Under the pieces are notes generated by a model that saw nothing but the letters and a program-made list of their open reading frames with translations, had not been told where the DNA came from and did no database searches. 64,000 bases of DNA, taken from the NCBI GenBank assembly GCA_002269645.1, contig NIVC01000709.1, positions 372,001-436,000 on the forward strand, read 5' to 3'. The translations under genes were made by a program, and so were the position numbers. Shown piece by piece: positions 57,268 to 64,000 of the stretch. How positions within the stretch are numbered: the stretch's first letter is position 1; each line of letters starts with the position of its first letter. Source of the stretch: Macrostomum lignano (lineage: Eukaryota).

Positions 57268-60200
57268 TCAAGACCGAGCCTGTCGGGCCTCGTGCAGAGC
57301 CCGCAACACCAGCTGAGCCTCGTCGGGCCGGGGCGAGGCCAGCGCCTCGGACAGCTCGAGCAGGGCCACCCGGCCAAGGTGGTCGCCAGCCGTCAGCACG
57401 CAGCCGGTCCGGTTGAAGCAGCAGCGGTTCAGGCCGGCCCCGGAGGCTCCCATCGGCTGGCAGCGGGCCAGCGGCTGCTCGGGGTCGGAGCCGAGGCTCC
57501 AGAGGTCCAGGCGGCCGGCGGCATCCGCGGTGCACAGCAGGCCGGGGTGCGCCGGCGACCAGCGCGCGTCCATCACGTAGTCGGCGGCCGCTTCCAACGC
57601 CAGCGGCTGCTCAGCCGGCTCGCGCAGAGACCAGACCCGAGCAGTCCAGTCCATGGAGGAGGAGAGCACCACGTGGGACAGGTCCGGGCTCGGGTTGGCC
57701 GCCACCGAGGTGACTGGCGCCTGCGGACAGGGGCAGGAGGACAGTAGGTTAACGGCAGGTTAAGGGATCTACAGGGAGCTGGCTTGAGAAAGTCGGAGTG
57801 GAGTAAAGTGGAGCAAACTTGGATCACGAGGATCGAAATGGGGTTGCGGGTACAAACGGGCATCCAAGGGATCAAAATGGGACCTGGGATCAGGGAATGA
57901 AAAATTGAATCAGCCGGATTAGTAGGAATATTAGAGATTAGTGGGATCAATTTGAGATCAGTGGGATCAATCTGGGATCAGTGGGACCAAACTGAGTTAA
58001 TTAGGATCAATCTGGGATCAGTGGGACCAAACTGAGTTAATTAGGATCAATCTGGGATCAGTGGGACCAAACTGAGTTAATTAGGATCAATCTGGGATCA
58101 GTGGGACCAAACTGAGTTAATTAGGATCAATCTGGGATCAGTGGGACCAAACTGAGTTAATTAGGATCAATCTGGGATCAGTGGGACCAAACTGAGTTAA
58201 TTAGGATCAATCTGGGATCAGTCAGCCAAAACTAAGATCAGTATCCAGTTACCTGGTGGCTGGCGGCCAGTGAGGTCATGACCCCGGCCCGGACACCGTG
58301 CCGGCAGCCGACGCACAGCATGGCGTCCTCGGTGCCGGCCACAAAGCGGTTGCCGTCCAGCATGTCCAGACAGGTGGCCGCCAGGCTCCGGATGGAGTGC
58401 CCGGCAGCCGACAGCATGAGATCGCAGGTCTCAACAGGCTGAGTAAGCGACTCCAGCGACCAGGTGCACAGGCGGGCGTCGCTGGACAGGGTGGCCAAGA
58501 AGTTGGCGCGCTCGGTGCCCAGTACGCGAGTGAAAACGCAAGGCTCCGTGTGGCCCTGGGCGCCAAGGGTGCTGCGCTGGACAGGCGTGCGTCTGCAGGC
58601 AGATAATTGATCATGTTTAGGTGCGCATAAACTACTTGACAACTCAGCGTCTATTAGGAGTTTTTTAGAAAACAAAAAATTGCACTTCGCTATAGATTTC
58701 AAATTTTCAGCTTCATTGCAGTGCAGCGAAACCTGCAACCTCAAGAAATTCGTTAATTAGAAGACTCTCACGGGGCACAGCGGTGGTTCGTAGGTGCGCA
58801 AATTAAGCGAGGCTTCAGGCAGAACTGAAGCCCAATAACTGCAAAAATATGCAACAAGAAGCGAACACCCAAGTCATAGCTTGTAAAACTAAAATGGACC
58901 ATTTGATAGGAAGAGACAACTGTAGCGATATCGTGGGGGAGAAGGAATGGAGGGTGAGGAAGAGGGGATGGAGTGAACAAGAGGGGATGGAGGTTGAGGA
59001 AGAGGGGATGGAGGGTGAGGAAGAAGGGATGGAGGATGAGGAAGAAGGGATGGAGGGTGAGGAAGAAGGGATGGAGGGTGAGGAAGAAGGGATGGAGGAT
59101 GAGGAAGAAGGGATTGAGGGTGAGGAAGAGGGGATGGAGGTTGAGGAAGAAGGGATGGAGGGTAAGGAAGAAGGAATGGAGGGTGAGGAAGAGGGGATGG
59201 AGGATGAAGAAGAGGGGATGGAGGGTGAGGAAGAAAGGATGGAGGATGAGGAAGAGGAAGAGGGAATGGAGGGTGAAGAAGAGGGAAGAGGGGATGGAGG
59301 GTGAGGAAGAGGGGATGGAGGGTGAAGAAGAGCGGAGAATGGCCCAGAGAACTAACCTATGAGTCCTGGTGTCCCAGAGCACCAGCTGCCCGGAGTAGGT
59401 GCCCCCAACGATGAGGCAGCGCTGGTAGGTGGCAAAGCAGGCCGACGTGACGGGTGACTGGCAGTGGAGCGCGAACTCAGGACTATCGCAGCGATAGCGG
59501 GCATTCCACACGCAGACGACGCCATCGGAGTCTCCGCCGGGATGCGACTGCTGCGACTCGGCGTAGGCGGCCAGGCAAAGCTCCTGGTAGTGCGGCGACC
59601 AGTCCAGGGCGGTGACGCAGCGGCCGCGGGACCACCTGGCGCGGTGGTCGGTGGTTCGAGTTAACATTACAGTATTAGACTATACAGACATCTGTGAACG
59701 CTCGATCGAGATGATACTTCTCGATTTATAGACACTCTCTTGACAATCTATAGACACTCTCTTGACAATCTATAGACACTCTCTTGACAATCTATAGACA
59801 CTCTCTTGACAATCTATAGACACTCTCTTGACAATCTATAGACACTCTCTTGACAATCTATAGACACTCTCTTGACAATCTATAGACACTCTCTTGACAA
59901 TCTATAGACACTCTCTTGACAATCTATAGACACTCTCTTGACAATCTATAGACACTCTCTTGACAATCTATAGACACTCTCTTGACAATCTATAGACACT
60001 CTCTTGACAATCTATAGACACTCTCTTGAAAATCTATAGACACTCTCTTGACAATCTATAGACACTCTCTTGACAATCTATAGGCACTCTCTTGACAATC
60101 TATAGACACTCTCTTGACTATCTATAGACACTCTCTTAGCAATCTATAGGTACTCTCCAGACAATCTATAGACACTGTCTTGACACTGGACGAGTTCCCA

Positions 60201-62824
60201 CAACTCAAACGCAGCCTCCTCACTTGTCATCGTGGAAGGTGCGGCACACTCGCACGCTGGAGCCCCCGGCCACGGCGCCTTCATCATAGGCGTCGCTTCC
60301 GGCGTCGGCCTCGCCGTCGGTCTCAAAATATTCGGCCTCGGTCTCGGCCAGGGCCCGCTCGACAACCCGGCTGGCCCGGGCGAAGAAGGCCTGGAAATTG
60401 TCGGACAGCAGAATCTGCTGCCGCTCGGACTCGGACAGCTCCCGGCAGTGCCGCTGCTGGTCGGACAGAGCCACCGTCGAGGTAGTCGGCGTCGGAGCCG
60501 GAGTCGGCGGCGTCGCTGTAGCAACATCGCCGTCCGACGTGGCGACAGCGGTGGCAGCGGCTGCGAGGCCGTTGACGGAGCGCAGTTGGGCCAGCGCTGC
60601 GGTCGCAACGTCAGGGAAGTCGCCGACTGAGAGCTCCGACTCGGACACTGAGCGGTGAGCACGGAGGTATACGGAGCACAGATGAGATTTCCACTACGCG
60701 CTGAACTCTCACCCTTAGAATTCTAGAACACGCTGAAGTCTCACCCCTTAGATTTCTAGAACTCGCTGAACTCTCAGCCCTTAGATTTCTAGAGTAAAAA
60801 TAACCCATTAGATTTCTAGAGTAAAAATAACCCATTAGATTTCTAGAGTAAAAATAACCCATTAGATTTCTAGAGTAAAAATAACCCATTAGATTTCTAG
60901 AGTAAAAATAACCCATTAGATTTCTAGAGTAAAAATAACCCATTCGATTTCAATATACGAGTCAGAATTCCATTGCTTTGCAAATCACACGGAAATCCAT
61001 AACCCATTGATAATTCTCAACAGCCAATGAGAAACACGGACTGACTGTGCATCATGGATTCCGAATAGCACTGCACAACATCGCTGATTCGCTGATTTTC
61101 ATTGCCTAAGCCTTGCCCTCAGGCATCAGCGCCAATTCGAGTCTAAGGAATTATGATTTACTTTATCCAAAAAAATCCTTAATAATGATTCTTCTGATTG
61201 CAGTCTCTCCATCGCTACGGCCAATCTATGCAAACTGGGTGAGGAACGAAGGGTTGCTCGCTTCATGCCTTAGCTGGCCTGCCCAGATGCCGTAGCAATC
61301 AATAAATTGAGTGGATTGGAGGCAAAACTCAGCAGCAGTTGCGACTGTGGAGTCCAGTGTCTAGAAGGGCGCCCAGTTTGGCCACGAAGAGAAACACTTT
61401 GAGAAGACTTTAAAGGGGCCGAAAGTTTAACCGTAGCAGGTGCGAGAAACTGAGTGCCTAAGGCGCAAAATGGGGAGTCAAAAGTACATGGGTGTCAAAT
61501 CGGGTGTCAGGGGGTGTCAAATCGGGTGTCAGGGGGTGTCAAATCGGATGTTTAGGCGGTGTCAAATCGGGTGTCAGGGGGTGTCAAATCGGATGTCAAG
61601 GGTGCCAAATCAGATGTCACGGGGTGTCAAATCGGGTGTCAGGGGTCAAATCGGATGTTAGGCGGTGTCAAATCGGGTGTCAGATCGGGTGTCAGGGGTC
61701 AAATCGGGTGTTAGGCGGTGTCAAATCGGATGTCAGGGGCGAAATCGGGTGTTAGGCGGTGTCAAATCAGATGTCAGGGGCGAAATCGGGTGTCAGGGGT
61801 ACGATATCGGGTGTCAGGGGTGCGAAATCGGGTGTCAGGCGTGTTAAATAGGGTGTCGGGGTGCGAAATCGGGTCATGCGGCATCAAGAGCGGCGAAGAA
61901 ATGGCAGACACGAATTCCTGCTGGGCAAGCCTATAACCTTGACACTTACGCTTTCCTAATCAACAATGCCTATAAAGCAAAAAAGTACTTTGAAAAACTA
62001 AGCAGCAAGGCCCAGTCGGTACACAGAGCAATAAAAGTACATACGTGCCATCTGGTGATTGAACTCGTCGTCCCATTCGAGCGTAGACAGAAACCTGGGC
62101 GAGTCAACTGAAAGGGCAAAAAGAAATGTATCTGTTGTTGTGTACAAATAGAATTGAATTTGCACTACTACTCGTAATAAAATTCACTGAATTTTCGTTA
62201 ACTCACCGTGCGACTCGGAAAGTCGACCTAAAATTAAAAATAAAAAGTACAAATCGTCAAATATTGTTTCAACTTGTATTGCCTAAAGGGGTCACTAATC
62301 ATTCTGCGTACGCTAATTTAACCTCACTTGAAAAACATAGTTTTATAGGAGTGAAATTGTAAATTATGCATTATGAATTATAAATTTTAAGTTCAGAGGC
62401 TCTCACTATCGCGATCCCGCTCGCAGACCTGCTGCAGAGTCTGCGTCTCCTTGCAGTAGTGCGCTGGCTGGCAGACGCTGGTCTGGGTGAGCCGGGACAC
62501 GCTCAGGTGCTTCAGCGGCTTTGCCTGCGCCTGCGGAGCGTCAAGTGGCGGCGGCGACAACTTTGACGATGACGGTGGCGAAGTGTCCGACGCCGACAAC
62601 TTTGGGTCGACAGGCGCCGACGGTGTCGGGTCGATGCCCAGCTCGCGCAGAATGTCTTCGGCAGTTTCGGTGGTGGCAACAGAAGTTGCTGCTGCAGACT
62701 GCTGTGGGTTGCGGTGGCCCGAGGTGGCCCCAGCAGTTGTGGCGGCCGCAGCCTCGGCCTTCTGCTGGCGCAGGAGGGCCAGACGTGCCTTCCGCTTCTC
62801 CAGCTCGCCCTTGAGGTCGGACAT
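57268..62824 (-). CDS. DYNC1I: Cytoplasmic dynein 1 intermediate chain (637 aa). Exons 62824-62407, 60647-60224, 59635-59357, 58592-58253, 57720-57268
   Basis: N-terminal MSDLKGELEKRKARL, LC8 motif KETQT, LC7-binding RASRVVERALAE, WD40 motifs LDWS..ELC, HCQSPV, GGTYSGQLVLWD, RTPVQRS, SSSMDWT, DYVMDARWSPAHP, GRLDLWSL. Exons sum to 1914 nt. Confidence 0.95.
57945..58225. repeat. 40-bp minisatellite (GGGATCAGTGGGACCAAACTGAGTTAATTAGGATCAATCT), dynein IC intron 4
   Basis: Direct inspection. Confidence 0.95.
58940..59335. repeat. 21-bp GA-rich repeat (GAGGGTGAGGAAGAAGGGATG), dynein IC intron 3
   Basis: Direct inspection. Confidence 0.93.
59718..60186. repeat. 22-bp minisatellite (GACACTCTCTTGACAATCTATA), dynein IC intron 2
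   Basis: Direct inspection. Confidence 0.97.
60700..60945. repeat. 27-bp minisatellite (AGATTTCTAGAGTAAAAATAACCCATT), dynein IC intron 1
   Basis: Direct inspection. Confidence 0.93.
61492..61875. repeat. Degenerate repeat with an approximately 21-22-bp unit (GTCAAATCGGGTGTCAGGGGGT), dynein IC intron 1
   Basis: Direct inspection. Confidence 0.88.
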
Positions 62825-64000
62825 TGGCGACGGGTTATTGGGTGCAAAGTGCGATGCTTGCTAAGCTGTGCGCGATTCAGGGGGTGGGACCTCCCACAGC
62901 TGCTCTGCCAACTGCCCTCAAGGATAGCAGCAGTTCATAGGAGCTGTAAGGAAGCATTGACAAAATATTGCATGAAAGTATGCAAAACCAAGAGGAACAT
63001 ATCAGACATTATAATATTCAACCCACCATTAGTTTGTCTTAAAAGGGTTCTAAATGAGTTATCAAAAAAATCATAATGTGACTTGAAGCTAATTTAAATT
63101 AAGTAATTATTTCTATAACCTAAAAATATGCTAAAATATTCACAACATACTTGTAGTATTAAATAGTTATTAAATAAAAATCTAATCTCTTTCTGAAATT
63201 TGGTAGAAAATGCCATATATAATTTTTATAAAATGTGTCTTTGTTATGTTTACAGCTCTATTAAAATGTAAAATAGTTTATTTCATAACACAGTACAATT
63301 TTGACACCTAGTTAAATTTTTGAAATGAGCTAAATTAAGTTAACTAAATTTACCTAAAATTTAATCTAAATGTTAAGTTTATTCATAACTATTTTTTTAT
63401 AAATAATGAATAAGTTTAGTTGTGTCATACAGTTACTAATATATTACTAACAAACATACATAGATCCTTTCAATTTTTAAGTAGAAATCTTATAGACAAA
63501 CTTGACCTTTGCAAATTAAAATTATATAGACCATAGTTATATTTATTACTTTTGTTGTTAATTTATAAAACTTATAATCTGACCTTTATGAATATCTGCC
63601 AATAGCAATATATAATAGATCGGGGGTCTAATACAACATTTTATCAGTTTAATATTGAAGATTTAATTTAAATACTCATTTTTTCCTATAGTAAATTTAG
63701 CCCTGTGTTATAGACAACAATATCAAAAAGTTCAATTTTAACCTCAAGGGTCATGTTCAATGTTTACAAGGCAGTTTTATTTTTTAAAAAGCAAATTAAG
63801 ATAGGACTACAGTTCAGACAAAATGCAACTTTATAATTATAAAAAATATTTAGGTACATTTTATTTAAGGTTTATAACTGTTTACTATAGTATAACTTAT
63901 AAGTATACATCCATTATTTTTTGTAAAATTTATGCTGTAAACAGCTCGTTTTAATTTATTATTTCTTTTAAATTTGAAATAAAAAGTTATGTTTTTTAAG

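Noticed and set aside
57229-57747. Plus-strand GC-rich ORFs overlapping dynein IC exons (also shadow ORFs over the CHC, GPCR and CRT-like exons)
   Set aside because: Antisense or alternative-frame shadows expected from GC3-rich codon usage.

Overview
Eukaryotic (metazoan) genomic DNA. GC3-rich spliceosomal exons are separated by introns and spacers packed with micro- and minisatellites. This architecture resembles the flatworm Macrostomum lignano (inference, not verified). Seven genes could be reconstructed by hand with phase-consistent splice sites: (1) the 3' half of a divergent clathrin heavy chain (+), with a GC-AG intron and a long Pro/Gln/Gly tail; (2) a secreted PAN/Apple-like + ConA/LamG-like protein (+) that starts from a 10-nt coding micro-exon; (3) a melatonin-receptor-like class A GPCR (+); (4) a CRT-like (chloroquine resistance transporter family) DMT transporter (+); (5) a PAN + ALK/LTK-type glycine-rich domain protein (+) with no TM segment or kinase; (6) a TGN38/TGOLN2/KCT2-like type I membrane protein (-) with a second GC-AG intron; (7) a cytoplasmic dynein intermediate chain (-). 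About 35 tandem arrays, mostly with unrelated units, occupy most introns and several 3' flanks. Most of the long ORFs in the supplied track are repeat artefacts. The AT-rich first intron of gene 6 is a nest of mobile elements: a hAT deletion derivative with a perfect 8-bp TSD, two MITE-like elements, and a small non-coding LTR (TRIM-like) element with TG..CA ends, a 4-bp TSD, a candidate PBS and a PPT. A further TIR/TSD-bounded element wraps a (GACA)n array. No rRNA, tRNA or CRISPR features were found.
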